A stretch of DNA of 64,000 bases from a virus (taxonomy: Duplodnaviria > Caudoviricetes), in IMG/VR virus record IMGVR_UViG_3300036985_001339, positions 1,181 to 65,180 of that record; one strand, 5' to 3'. This document shows, piece by piece, positions 25,820 to 35,187 of this stretch. The notes beneath the pieces were generated by a model. It did no database searches, was not told the DNA's origin, and worked only from the letters and a program-made list of their open reading frames with translations. The position numbers and the translations under genes were made by a program. Numbering within the stretch: position 1 is the first letter of the stretch; every line of letters begins with the position of its first letter.

Positions 25820-26551
25820 ATGAAAAAAGAACTTATCTTAGAGAGATTAAAGAACGATGAAGATTATTATGGTGATTTTGGTAAACAGTTTTTAAGCAAT
25901 TCAAATATAATGACATTGCTTACAAATCCATCTGCCTTAAGAGAACAACAACAACCTAACATTAATTTTCTAATAGGTGGTTACTTTCATACAGCAATAC
26001 TAGAACCTGACAAACTTAAAAAATATAGAGTAGTAGAAGCATCTACTAGAAATACTAATGTATATAAAGAAATGTCTGGTGGCGAAATGTGTTTATTACA
26101 ACACGAAGTAGACCAATTAGAGGTTATGATAGATAAAGTTCTAGTTAATGAAGTTTGTAGAGGTTTAATAAGAGGCGATAATGTAGATTATGAAGTTCCA
26201 GGTATTGCTGAAATATCTGGAGTAATGTGGAAAGGTAAAGCTGATATATTAAATCATTCTGAAAAACTAATAGTAGATCTTAAAACAACTTCTAATATAC
26301 TAGACTTTAGATATTCTGCTAAAAAATATAATTATGATAGTCAAGCTTATATATACAAACATCTATTTGGTTATGACATGGTTTTTATGGTCATAGACAA
26401 AACAACTCATCAAATAGGTATATATGACTGTTCTGAAAAGTTTTTAGAAACAGGTAAAGAAAAAGTTGAAAAAGCAGTAGAAGCTTATAATTTATTCTAC
26501 AACGATCCTGACTTTGTTCCGGAAAATTATTTTATCAATTTGACTTTATAG
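25820..26551 (+). CDS. PD-(D/E)xK exonuclease (RecE/exoVIII-like)
   Basis: G..FH.AILEP, KGKAD, VDLKTT and Y.Y..QA.IY. Confidence 0.85.
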   Translation: MKKELILERLKNDEDYYGDFGKQFLSNSNIMTLLTNPSALREQQQPNINFLIGGYFHTAILEPDKLKKYRVVEASTRNTNVYKEMSGGEMCLLQHEVDQLEVMIDKVLVNEVCRGLIRGDNVDYEVPGIAEISGVMWKGKADILNHSEKLIVDLKTTSNILDFRYSAKKYNYDSQAYIYKHLFGYDMVFMVIDKTTHQIGIYDCSEKFLETGKEKVEKAVEAYNLFYNDPDFVPENYFINLTL

Positions 26552-26553
26552 AT

Positions 26554-26913
26554 ATGAGTACTAAAGAATATATGAGAGAATATCTATCAGATCCTATAAA
26601 TAAAGAAAAAGCAAATATTAGAAATAGAGAATATTCAAATAGACCTGATATAAAAGCTAGAGAAAAAAAACGTATACAAGATAGGCAATCTGGAGGATAT
26701 TTTGTATACTATATTCCAAGTACACATTATTGTGGTATAACTAAAGACATGTATGTTAGAGAATCTTTTCATAGAACAGTAAATAAAATAGATACTACTG
26801 GAATGAATATTTTGTATCATAGTGATAATTTATTAGATGCAGCGCATCACGAAGCAATGTTTCAATCTGTTCTTGGTATGAATGGATTAAACGTAAAAAA
26901 CATTAAAAACTAA
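26554..26913 (+). CDS. GIY-YIG-like nuclease
   Basis: VYY...HYCGIT.....R...H. Confidence 0.55.
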   Translation: MSTKEYMREYLSDPINKEKANIRNREYSNRPDIKAREKKRIQDRQSGGYFVYYIPSTHYCGITKDMYVRESFHRTVNKIDTTGMNILYHSDNLLDAAHHEAMFQSVLGMNGLNVKNIKN

Positions 26914-26930
26914 CTTAACACTTTAATTTT

Positions 26931-27059
26931 ATGGCAAGACCAAAGAAAACAGTTACATTACCAGATTTAAGAGTTTACAAAGAAGTACAAAAAGTAAAAC
27001 AACAATTAAGCGTTTACGATAAATTAAAACAATTTTTTAACCAATTTAATATATTCTAA
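26931..27059 (+). CDS. 42-aa basic peptide (MARPKK...)
   Basis: Translated by hand. Confidence 0.5.
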   Translation: MARPKKTVTLPDLRVYKEVQKVKQQLSVYDKLKQFFNQFNIF

Positions 27060-27060
27060 T

Positions 27061-27378
27061 ATGGCATCAATTATCAATGCAAGCATTAATCTTAATGAAA
27101 TTCCAAAGCACAAGATTATAGATGGTAAGAAAGGTAAATATCTACCTATTACCATAACTATAAACAACGATTTGGATAATTTTGGAAACCAAGGTCCTAT
27201 AACTGTTGGACAAAGTAAAGAAGAAAGAGAATCAAAAGCACCTAAAGTTTATCTTGGTAATGTAAAAGTTTTATGGACTGATGGCGTAAACGTCGCCGTC
27301 GCACCAAGAGACGGTCAACAACAGTCAACGCCAGTAAGACGAGCGCCGGCAGCGGTTGAAGATGATCTACCATTTTAG
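27061..27378 (+). CDS. Putative ssDNA-binding protein
   Basis: Acidic C-terminal DDLPF tail; replication context. Confidence 0.7.
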   Translation: MASIINASINLNEIPKHKIIDGKKGKYLPITITINNDLDNFGNQGPITVGQSKEERESKAPKVYLGNVKVLWTDGVNVAVAPRDGQQQSTPVRRAPAAVEDDLPF

Positions 27379-27385
27379 TTCTCAA

Positions 27386-27431
27386 TATAATAAACCTATA
27401 ATTGAATAATAAACTTTATAGGTTTATTATA
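27386..27431. repeat. Perfect 16-bp AT-rich inverted repeat with 14-nt loop
   Basis: TATAATAAACCTATAA / TTATAGGTTTATTATA. Confidence 0.8.
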
Positions 27432-27442
27432 AAACATAATTG

Positions 27443-27620
27443 AACCTATAGCGCTTACCGTGAGATCAGTCTATAAGTCTTTTTTGGGTATAGGCGCACT
27501 AACTTCCATTTTCAATAGAACGCAAACTAGTGGCGGTAGGCAAGACCACTCGAGAGGTTAAGTAACATTGCCTTTTATATCACTGCAAGATAGCATCTTG
27601 CCGGATAACACACTGTAGTT
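27443..27620 (+). ncRNA. Structured RNA candidate upstream of the primase-helicase
   Basis: Several nested stems in a non-coding GC-richer gap, followed by a terminator. Confidence 0.45.
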
Positions 27621-27624
27621 AGTT

Positions 27625-27647
27625 AAACCCCATTTATTGGGGTTTTT
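27625..27647 (+). terminator. Intrinsic terminator
   Basis: AAACCCCA/TGGGGTTT plus T. Confidence 0.7.
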
Positions 27648-27680
27648 CTATCTATAATTAGTAACAATTAAATTAATCAA

Positions 27681-29402
27681 ATGCAAGTAAACAATACAGA
27701 GATCAATGGATTCTTGATTGATACATTCAATCGATATGATCTAGAAGAAGGTAAAACACAAGGCATTTGTCCACTGTGTTCTTCTGATAGAAAACCTAAA
27801 AACGAGAAAGCAAAATGTGCTTCTTATGATTGGGAACGTGGTCTTGGAACTTGTCATAATTGTAATAAGTCATTTCAGTTACATACTTATCAACGTAAAG
27901 GTTCTAGCGAAAAGGTCTATATTAAACCACCTGTTAAAGAACAAGTTGAAGAAATGCAAATAAGTCAACCAGTTGTTAATTGGTTTTCTGCACGTGGTAT
28001 TTCTAAAGAAACTCTTTATGAATTACAAATATCCGAGGGAAAAGAATTTATGCCTCAAACAGGTAAAGAAGAAAATGCTATACACTTTAATTACTTTGTT
28101 GGCGATCAACTAGTAAATATTAAATATCGTGATGGCAAAAAGAATTTTAAACTTTACAAAGGCGCTGAAAAAGTATTTTACAATATTAACAGTATTGTAG
28201 GTTTTGAGTATTGCGTCATAGTTGAGGGCGAAATGGACGTACTAGCATTACATGAAGCAGGTGTAACAAACGTTGTATCTGTACCTAATGGTGCTACTTT
28301 AAATACAAATAATCTAGAATATTTAGATAGTTGTATAGATTACTTTGAAGATAAAGAAAAGATTATATTAGCAGTAGACTCTGATGCGGCTGGTCAAGCA
28401 TTACAAGCAGAGTTAATTCGTAGATTAGGATCAGAAGTTTGTTATTTAGCATCGTTTGAAGACTGTAAAGATGCCAATGAATACTTATTGAAGTATGGTA
28501 AAGAAAAACTGTCTCAGCGTATATCGCAAGCAAGACCTGTTCCATTAGAGAATGTAAAAACTTTTAAAGACATTGAAGATGATGTTACAGATTTTGTTAG
28601 AAACGGATTTAAACCAGGTTTTCAAGTTGGATTGGATAACTTTGATAGTATATTTTCTACTTATACCGGTCAGTTTATTACTGTTACTGGAATACCTAGT
28701 TCTGGTAAATCTGACTTCGTTGACCAAATGGTTATCGGGTATAACGCAAATTATGGGTGGAAAACTGCTTTTGCTTCTCCAGAAAATCAACCGACTTATC
28801 TACATGCTCATAAGTTAATGCGTAAAACTTGGGGAGACATGCCTTCGCCTGAAGATATTAACGGAGACAAATGGAACCAAGTAGCAGGTCATGTAAACGA
28901 TAGTTATTACTTTATTGACATGGAACGTTATACTTTAGAATCTGTTCTTAGAAAAGGTGCAGAACTGGTTAAACGTAAAGGTATAAAATGTTTAGTCATA
29001 GATCCTTTCAATAAAGTTAGAGCACAAGATGCTTCTGGAGACGTTAACGTTTATACATTAGAATATCTACAACAGATAGAGATATTTGCTAAAAAGTATG
29101 ACGTATTGGTTATAGTAGTAGCGCATCCAACTAAAATGTATAAAGACAAAGATGGTAAAATAGAAGAACCAACAATGTACAACATTAAAGGTGGTGGCGA
29201 ATGGTACGATGCTTCTTATCACGGTTTATTAGTACATAGAGATTATGAAGCAAAAACTGTTAAATGTAAAGTTCTTAAAGTTAAATTTCAAAACTTAGGT
29301 GAGAATGGAGCTGAAGCTCATTTTAAATGGGAACCACGTTCAGGATGTTTTATACCTCAACAACCACCAGACTTTTCTAACAGTAAAATGCCTTGGGAAT
29401 AA
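27681..29402 (+). CDS. T7 gp4/Twinkle-like primase-helicase
   Basis: Zn finger CPLC..CHNC, TOPRIM EGEMD/DSD/KDANE, Walker A GIPSSGKS, IDP and VAHP. Confidence 0.93.
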   Translation: MQVNNTEINGFLIDTFNRYDLEEGKTQGICPLCSSDRKPKNEKAKCASYDWERGLGTCHNCNKSFQLHTYQRKGSSEKVYIKPPVKEQVEEMQISQPVVNWFSARGISKETLYELQISEGKEFMPQTGKEENAIHFNYFVGDQLVNIKYRDGKKNFKLYKGAEKVFYNINSIVGFEYCVIVEGEMDVLALHEAGVTNVVSVPNGATLNTNNLEYLDSCIDYFEDKEKIILAVDSDAAGQALQAELIRRLGSEVCYLASFEDCKDANEYLLKYGKEKLSQRISQARPVPLENVKTFKDIEDDVTDFVRNGFKPGFQVGLDNFDSIFSTYTGQFITVTGIPSSGKSDFVDQMVIGYNANYGWKTAFASPENQPTYLHAHKLMRKTWGDMPSPEDINGDKWNQVAGHVNDSYYFIDMERYTLESVLRKGAELVKRKGIKCLVIDPFNKVRAQDASGDVNVYTLEYLQQIEIFAKKYDVLVIVVAHPTKMYKDKDGKIEEPTMYNIKGGGEWYDASYHGLLVHRDYEAKTVKCKVLKVKFQNLGENGAEAHFKWEPRSGCFIPQQPPDFSNSKMPWE

Positions 29403-29647
29403 TGGCTAAAAAAAGTATAATTGATATGGGTAACTATTTATATTCTAAAAAAGAATTTGAAGCTTATCGATGGTGTATTGAAAATGGTATATATATAACA
29501 CCTAAAGCAAAATCAACTAGTCAATGGTATTTAACCATAGAGATAAATAAAAAAATAAATGTAAGTCCAGATTCTTATGGTAAAATGGATATATGGAGAC
29601 AAATGTATAAATATTATATTTACTATTATGACAAATACAAAAAGTAG
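29402..29647 (+). CDS. Hypothetical protein
   Basis: Operon packing. Confidence 0.6.
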   Translation: MAKKSIIDMGNYLYSKKEFEAYRWCIENGIYITPKAKSTSQWYLTIEINKKINVSPDSYGKMDIWRQMYKYYIYYYDKYKK

Positions 29648-30266
29648 TTTTTTAAATGCTAATGAAGCTTACGAGTATTTTTTAGACAAAATAATACTAG
29701 AAGGTGTTGAGTTTGATAATACTAAAGCTTTGTTTAATGTTGGTTTTGAAATACAACATCCAATGTGGAATACTATCTACAATGAAGAACGTAAGTGGAA
29801 TCCTAAATACGCGGAAAGAGAATGGGAATGGTATTTATCAGGTAATCCTAGTGCTGTAGAAATATCAAAATATGCGCCAATATGGAAAAATATGATGGAC
29901 GAAGATGGTAATGTTAGATCTAATTATGGTTGGCAATGGAAAAGAAATAATCAATTATCAAAAGTTGTAGACTTATTAAGAGATAATCCTAATACTAGAA
30001 AAGCTACAATATCTATTTATGATGGAAAAGAAATTGATACTTATTCTAATGACACTCCATGTACATACGCTGTTCAGTTTACAATATTAGAAGGTAAATT
30101 AAATATGGCTGTTCTAATGCGTTCTAATGATCTCTGGTACGGTTTCTGTAACGATCAATACTGTTTTTCAATGTTACAACAAACAGTAGCTGATTTCTTA
30201 TGTATCGAAGTTGGTACTTATTATCATTTTGCTCACAATTTACATTTATATAACGACAAATTATGA
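29628..30266 (+). CDS. Thymidylate synthase-family protein with dCMP (hydroxy)methylase-type signature
   Basis: PCT catalytic Cys, MRSNDLWYGFCND and H...NLHLY; Asp at the E. coli ThyA Asn177 position. Confidence 0.85.
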   Translation: MTNTKSSFLNANEAYEYFLDKIILEGVEFDNTKALFNVGFEIQHPMWNTIYNEERKWNPKYAEREWEWYLSGNPSAVEISKYAPIWKNMMDEDGNVRSNYGWQWKRNNQLSKVVDLLRDNPNTRKATISIYDGKEIDTYSNDTPCTYAVQFTILEGKLNMAVLMRSNDLWYGFCNDQYCFSMLQQTVADFLCIEVGTYYHFAHNLHLYNDKL

Positions 30267-30436
30267 CACCAAAAGAAAAAGCAAAAGAGTTAGTAGAAAG
30301 ATTTATAAATTCAGATTCTATGATTTTTAGTCTTAAAGGAGCAAAAGAATGCGCATTAATAGCTGTTGATGAATTAATTAAACAAACAGGAAGTAAGTAT
30401 TGGTATGATGTTAAACTAGAAATAGAAAATTTATAG
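30263..30436 (+). CDS. 57-aa phage protein (MTPKEKAKEL...AKECALIAVDE)
   Basis: Translated by hand; ATGA overlap. Confidence 0.65.
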   Translation: MTPKEKAKELVERFINSDSMIFSLKGAKECALIAVDELIKQTGSKYWYDVKLEIENL

Positions 30437-30438
30437 TT

Positions 30439-30618
30439 ATGGAAGAAAAGAAAACAATAGAATTTTGGAAAGACGGTGAATATGTCGCAAAAGGTGGATA
30501 TTTTATTAGAAGCGAAATAAAGACTTTTTTAAACAAATTAATTGAAAATGGACTTGAACCTGTTGGAATAATTGTAGATTTAGAGTCTTTTAACTTAGAA
30601 GTAATTGTAAAAGAATAA
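30439..30618 (+). CDS. 59-aa hypothetical protein
   Basis: Translated by hand; fills the gap. Confidence 0.55.
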   Translation: MEEKKTIEFWKDGEYVAKGGYFIRSEIKTFLNKLIENGLEPVGIIVDLESFNLEVIVKE

Positions 30619-30621
30619 AAA

Positions 30622-31536
30622 ATGAAATATTATTTATATCATATCTTTGGTAAAAAGATAGGCGTTACGTGTGATCTTAAGGATAGGTTAACACGTCAAC
30701 AAGGTTGTGCTTGTGGTGAATATGAAGTTCTTGATTCTAGTGAAGATATAGATTATATATCAGAAAAAGAGTTAGAACTTCAACTTGTCTACGGTTATAA
30801 AGTAGATAGACAATCTTATAAAGAATTAATAACTAAACAATCAAATCTAAAATCAAATCAAATGGTACTAAACGTAACAGAACAAACAACTACATTTCCG
30901 TGTCCAGTAAACAAACTTAAAGGAAACTTAATGGACAATTTAGGAGTACAGATTAAAACTCCTTTTGGTAGTTATACACTTATTCCAAAGTTAGCAGAAT
31001 GGATAATAGAAAACGCTAATACTTCAATGTTTAATCCAGCTAGATGTTATGTGTATAATAAAGCAATGGATGAATTCTGTAAATCTCTAGTTAAACAAAG
31101 TCCAGCAACAGAATATAAAAACCAACCAGAAGAAGTAGTTGAAGAACAACCTAATGTTTATGACTTAATTAGAGAATGGGCTAACGAAAGAGGTATATAT
31201 AAATCTGGTGATACTAAAACTCAATTTGCTAAACTACAAGAAGAAGCAGGTGAACTAGCAAGAGCTATTCTTAAGAATGATAAACCCGAGTTTATAGATG
31301 CGATAGGAGATATGGTTGTTGTATTAACTAACCTAGCTGCTTTAGAAGGTTTAAAAATAGAAGATTGTATAAATTCTGCTTATGATGTAATTAAGTCACG
31401 TCATGGCAAAATGATTAACGGTACTTTTGTTAAAGAAAACCTTCAACCAACAAGCATTCCGCGTGATGCAAGATTTAATGTAAACAATACAAGTGGTGGT
31501 AGAACAATAAACGCACATTTAACAACAACTTTATAA
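30622..31536 (+). CDS. MazG-like NTP pyrophosphohydrolase with GIY-YIG-like N-terminal domain
   Basis: KLQEEAGEL...DAIGDMVVVL; N-terminal YLYH...KIGVT. Confidence 0.8.
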   Translation: MKYYLYHIFGKKIGVTCDLKDRLTRQQGCACGEYEVLDSSEDIDYISEKELELQLVYGYKVDRQSYKELITKQSNLKSNQMVLNVTEQTTTFPCPVNKLKGNLMDNLGVQIKTPFGSYTLIPKLAEWIIENANTSMFNPARCYVYNKAMDEFCKSLVKQSPATEYKNQPEEVVEEQPNVYDLIREWANERGIYKSGDTKTQFAKLQEEAGELARAILKNDKPEFIDAIGDMVVVLTNLAALEGLKIEDCINSAYDVIKSRHGKMINGTFVKENLQPTSIPRDARFNVNNTSGGRTINAHLTTTL

Positions 31537-31537
31537 T

Positions 31538-31864
31538 ATGACAGAAAAGAATATTGTCTTTAGAGACCCAGTAGTTGAAAGAGTTGTAGAGAAATTTGTA
31601 TCTAGATCAGATATAGGTTTTGAAAAGTATGGTAATACATTACATGATGAACGTACTAAGAAAATGAAAGGTCTTTTTAAATATTTAAACGATGTACAAG
31701 AAGAGTTAATGGATGCAGTGCTATACATACAAGCATGTAAAGAGGAAATTCAAGATTTAACTGAAGAAGCGTTGATACAAGAATTTAGAGATATTGATGT
31801 AGATTTTGAATTAGTTGATCCAGGTCATCATTACGCATTTACTATAGATGAAGAAGATAGTTAG
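31538..31864 (+). CDS. All-alpha NTP-PPase-like protein
   Basis: RS..G.EKYG.TL...QEELMDA.LY. Confidence 0.6.
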   Translation: MTEKNIVFRDPVVERVVEKFVSRSDIGFEKYGNTLHDERTKKMKGLFKYLNDVQEELMDAVLYIQACKEEIQDLTEEALIQEFRDIDVDFELVDPGHHYAFTIDEEDS

Positions 31865-32294
31865 AAAGAAAGGACCAGTAGTTTCAAAAAAGGTGGTATA
31901 TGACGGTATCACCTTTGCTTCTGGTTTAGAAAAGTATATGTACAAAGCTTTAAAACAAGCCGATATAGATGTTGAGTATGAAAGTCAATCGTTTGAACTA
32001 TTACCTTCTTTTACTTTTAAAAATGATTGTATTGAAAGGCAATCTAACGGCAAAGGTGATTACGTAAATAAAGGTAATAAAAAAGTTTTAAATATAAAAT
32101 ATACTCCAGACTTTATTGGTTATGATTTTATTATAGAAACTAAAGGTAGAGCAAACGATTCTTTTCCATTACGTTGGAAAATGTTTAAATACTTAATGAC
32201 TTTGATGTGTGATAAAAGAACTTTATACAAACCTCAGTCACAACGCGAGTGCGATACAACTATTGAATTAATCTTAAAAAACAGAAAACAATGA
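31848..32294 (+). CDS. T7 endonuclease I-like resolvase
   Basis: F.SGLE, YTPDF and IIETKG. Confidence 0.8.
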   Translation: MKKIVRKKGPVVSKKVVYDGITFASGLEKYMYKALKQADIDVEYESQSFELLPSFTFKNDCIERQSNGKGDYVNKGNKKVLNIKYTPDFIGYDFIIETKGRANDSFPLRWKMFKYLMTLMCDKRTLYKPQSQRECDTTIELILKNRKQ

Positions 32295-32443
32295 CATTAA
32301 ACAATGATGAAAAAGGTTGGGAATTAGCCGTTGGTTTATATCCAGGAATACTATTTGGTTTTAGGACATACGAAGAACCACATTACAATACACACGTATT
32401 ATATTTACCATTTATAAACGTACTTTTAACAATAGATAAATAA
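32291..32443 (+). CDS. 50-aa hypothetical protein
   Basis: Translated by hand; ATGA overlap. Confidence 0.5.
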   Translation: MTLNNDEKGWELAVGLYPGILFGFRTYEEPHYNTHVLYLPFINVLLTIDK

Positions 32444-32445
32444 GA

Positions 32446-34314
32446 ATGAGTTTAACATTAGACAAACAGATTTTAAGCGATATAACAGTATATACTAAAT
32501 ACGCCAAGTATTTGCCAAGTAAAGAAAGAAGAGAAACGTGGGAAGAATTAGTAACTAGGAATATGGAGATGCATATATCAAAGTTTCCAGAAATGAAACA
32601 ATCAATTGAACAAGTTTATAAAAATTTCGTATTCAATAAAAAAGTTTTACCTTCGATGCGAAGCCTCCAGTTTGGCGGTAAAGCTATTGAGCTTAATAAT
32701 GCTAGGATTTATAACTGTGCTTTTCTACCTATTGATAGTATTCATAGCTTTTCTGAGACTATGTTCTTACTACTCGGAGGAACTGGTGTTGGCTATTCAG
32801 TACAAAACCATCAAATTGAAAAACTTCCGGAAATAAGAAAACCTAATTACGATAGAAAGAAAAGATACGTAGTTCAAGACAGTATTATAGGTTGGGCAGA
32901 TGCTATTAAAACTTTATTTAAGTCTTATACTGGAGGATTAACTTCTCATATAGAATTTGATCTTTCTGACATTAGACAAAAAGGAGCTTTATTAGTTACT
33001 GCTGGAGGTAAAGCACCAGGTCCAGAACCATTAAGAATTGCTTTGGTTAAAATTGAAGCTATTTTAAGAACAAAAGATGACAGATCTAAACTTACTGACA
33101 TTGAGTGTCATGATATTCAATGCCATATTGCCGATGCGGTTTTAGCAGGAGGTATTAGACGTGCTGCGATGATCAGTTTGTTTGATCTAGACTCTACAGC
33201 AATGTTAAACTGTAAAGCTGGTAATTGGTGGGAAGATAATCCACAACGAGGTAGATCAAATAATTCAGTAGTACTTTTAAGACATAAAATTGACAAGAAA
33301 ACATTTGACAAAGTATGGGAGCGTATCGAAGCTTCTGGTTCTGGTGAACCGGGCATATACCTCACTAATGATAAAGATTGGGGAACTAATCCTTGTTGCG
33401 AAATTGCTTTACGACCTTATCAGTTCTGTAATTTAACAGAAATTAATATGTCTGATATTGAAGATCAAGATGATTTTAACGCTAGAGCATCCGCTGCATC
33501 ATTTCTAGGTACATTACAGGCATCGTATTCTGATTTTCATTATCTACGTGATATTTGGAAAAAGAACACAGATAAGGACGCATTATTAGGAGTATCAATG
33601 ACAGGCATAGCCTCTAAATCAAACTTAGAATTAAATTATGAAGAAGCAAGTAAAATCGTTAAAGAAACAAATAATGTTATTGCAACAAGTCTTAATATCA
33701 ACAGAGCGGCAAGAACAACCGCGGTTAAGCCGGCCGGAACTACTAGCCTTGTTCTCGGCACTTCTAGCGGTATCCATGCTTGGCATAACGACTATTATAT
33801 TCGCCGTATGCGTCTAGGAAAGAATGAAGCAATTTATTCTTATTTAGCAATTAATCACCCAGAACTACTCGAAGATGAGTATTTTAATCCAACATTGCAA
33901 TCAGTTATTTCTGTTCCTCAAAAAGCTCCTAATGGCGCTATTACGAGACACGAATCTACGTTAGATCTTTTAGAAAGAGTTAAATTAATATCTAAAGACT
34001 GGGTTAAGACTGGTCATATTAAAGGTAATAATACTCATAATGTATCTTGTACGGTTTCTGTAAGAGATGATGAATGGAAAATCATTGGTGAATGGATGTG
34101 GGCAAATAAAGATTACTATAATGGTTTATCTGTATTGCCTTATCACGGTGGAACTTACAAACAAACTCCATTTGAAGATTGTACTAAAGAAGTTTATGAC
34201 GAAATGATGTCTACTTTAAAAAATGTAGATTTATCTAAAGTTATAGAAGTTCAAGACAATACTAATTTTGGTGAATCAGTTGCTTGTGGACCAGGTGGTT
34301 GCGAAATAACATAA
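32446..34314 (+). CDS. nrdJ: Class II (B12-dependent) ribonucleotide reductase
   Basis: YNC, GG.RR.A.I, TNPCCEI, VKPAGT and C-terminal CGPGGC; no R2 subunit gene. Confidence 0.88.
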   Translation: MSLTLDKQILSDITVYTKYAKYLPSKERRETWEELVTRNMEMHISKFPEMKQSIEQVYKNFVFNKKVLPSMRSLQFGGKAIELNNARIYNCAFLPIDSIHSFSETMFLLLGGTGVGYSVQNHQIEKLPEIRKPNYDRKKRYVVQDSIIGWADAIKTLFKSYTGGLTSHIEFDLSDIRQKGALLVTAGGKAPGPEPLRIALVKIEAILRTKDDRSKLTDIECHDIQCHIADAVLAGGIRRAAMISLFDLDSTAMLNCKAGNWWEDNPQRGRSNNSVVLLRHKIDKKTFDKVWERIEASGSGEPGIYLTNDKDWGTNPCCEIALRPYQFCNLTEINMSDIEDQDDFNARASAASFLGTLQASYSDFHYLRDIWKKNTDKDALLGVSMTGIASKSNLELNYEEASKIVKETNNVIATSLNINRAARTTAVKPAGTTSLVLGTSSGIHAWHNDYYIRRMRLGKNEAIYSYLAINHPELLEDEYFNPTLQSVISVPQKAPNGAITRHESTLDLLERVKLISKDWVKTGHIKGNNTHNVSCTVSVRDDEWKIIGEWMWANKDYYNGLSVLPYHGGTYKQTPFEDCTKEVYDEMMSTLKNVDLSKVIEVQDNTNFGESVACGPGGCEIT

Positions 34315-34315
34315 T

Positions 34316-34879
34316 ATGATATATATAGAAGATAATTTTTTACCAAGTAATTTAATAAATATACTTGACAAAGATGAGACAGAATTCCAGGAAATAAAAA
34401 CTCCTGGAAAGTCTTTTTGGGTTAAATTTCCAACAGATGATTTCATAGAATTAGTTTGTGATAAGATTTCTAAAATAGAAAATGTTGTTATAGAACCAAT
34501 ACTAGGTTTCTTTAGAGAAGCAAAACAAGGTCAAGATACTGATTGGAGAATACATAACGACTCAATAATAGAAGGTCAACAACCAGACAGAGCTGCTGTA
34601 TTGTATATCTCTGAAGAACAAGAAGAAGGTTTAAACGGCACGGCTTTTTGGGAACATTGGGTCCACGGAGAAAAGTTTGAGAATGTTTCTATTGAAGAAC
34701 AAAATAGATTGTTAAAGGAGGATTCTAACGACTTAGATAAATGGATATTAAAATCCGTAGTAGGTCATAAACAAAATAGATTAATATCTTATCCATGTAA
34801 CTACTTCCATAGTAAATATCCTAATGAGTTTTTAGAAAGTAGAAAAGTATTTGTAATGTTTTATAAAATAAGAAAATGA
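34316..34879 (+). CDS. 2OG-Fe(II) oxygenase-like protein (DUF6445-like)
   Basis: HxD (IHND), GTAFW, NRL..Y...FHS and R...V.FY. Confidence 0.65.
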   Translation: MIYIEDNFLPSNLINILDKDETEFQEIKTPGKSFWVKFPTDDFIELVCDKISKIENVVIEPILGFFREAKQGQDTDWRIHNDSIIEGQQPDRAAVLYISEEQEEGLNGTAFWEHWVHGEKFENVSIEEQNRLLKEDSNDLDKWILKSVVGHKQNRLISYPCNYFHSKYPNEFLESRKVFVMFYKIRK

Positions 34880-35082
34880 AAGAACAAAGTTTAATTGAGA
34901 TGAAAAACAAAGTAGAAGCTCTAATAAGAGTTCTACAACAAGTAATGGGTGAACAACAACATCTAACGGTGTTAGCTGCTGGAACTTTAGAGACTTTAAA
35001 ATTAATGCCAGGTTATGACGACGCTATTAAAGCCATGACTGATAAAGCTAAAGAAGAAGTTGAAAAGAAATTAGAAGAATAG
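34876..35082 (+). CDS. Hypothetical protein
   Basis: ATGA overlap. Confidence 0.65.
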   Translation: MKEQSLIEMKNKVEALIRVLQQVMGEQQHLTVLAAGTLETLKLMPGYDDAIKAMTDKAKEEVEKKLEE

Positions 35083-35101
35083 TTGTTATTATTATTAATA
35101 G

Positions 35102-35181
35102 AAAAAAGGGGATCACAATTAAGTGTATCCCCTTTCTCTTTATAGGAACATTGAGTATGGTGCTCATTATATATTGTTCCT
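35102..35181. terminator. Convergent terminator hairpins
   Basis: AAAGGGGAT/ATCCCCTTT and AGGAACA/TGTTCCT hairpins between the converging arms. Confidence 0.7.
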
Positions 35182-35187
35182 GATTTA

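Noticed and set aside
27532-27539. ops-like GGCGGTAG (also 53711-53718 on the minus strand)
   Set aside because: Both lie in hairpin stems; RfaH/ops is a gammaproteobacterial system and no NusG paralogue is seen
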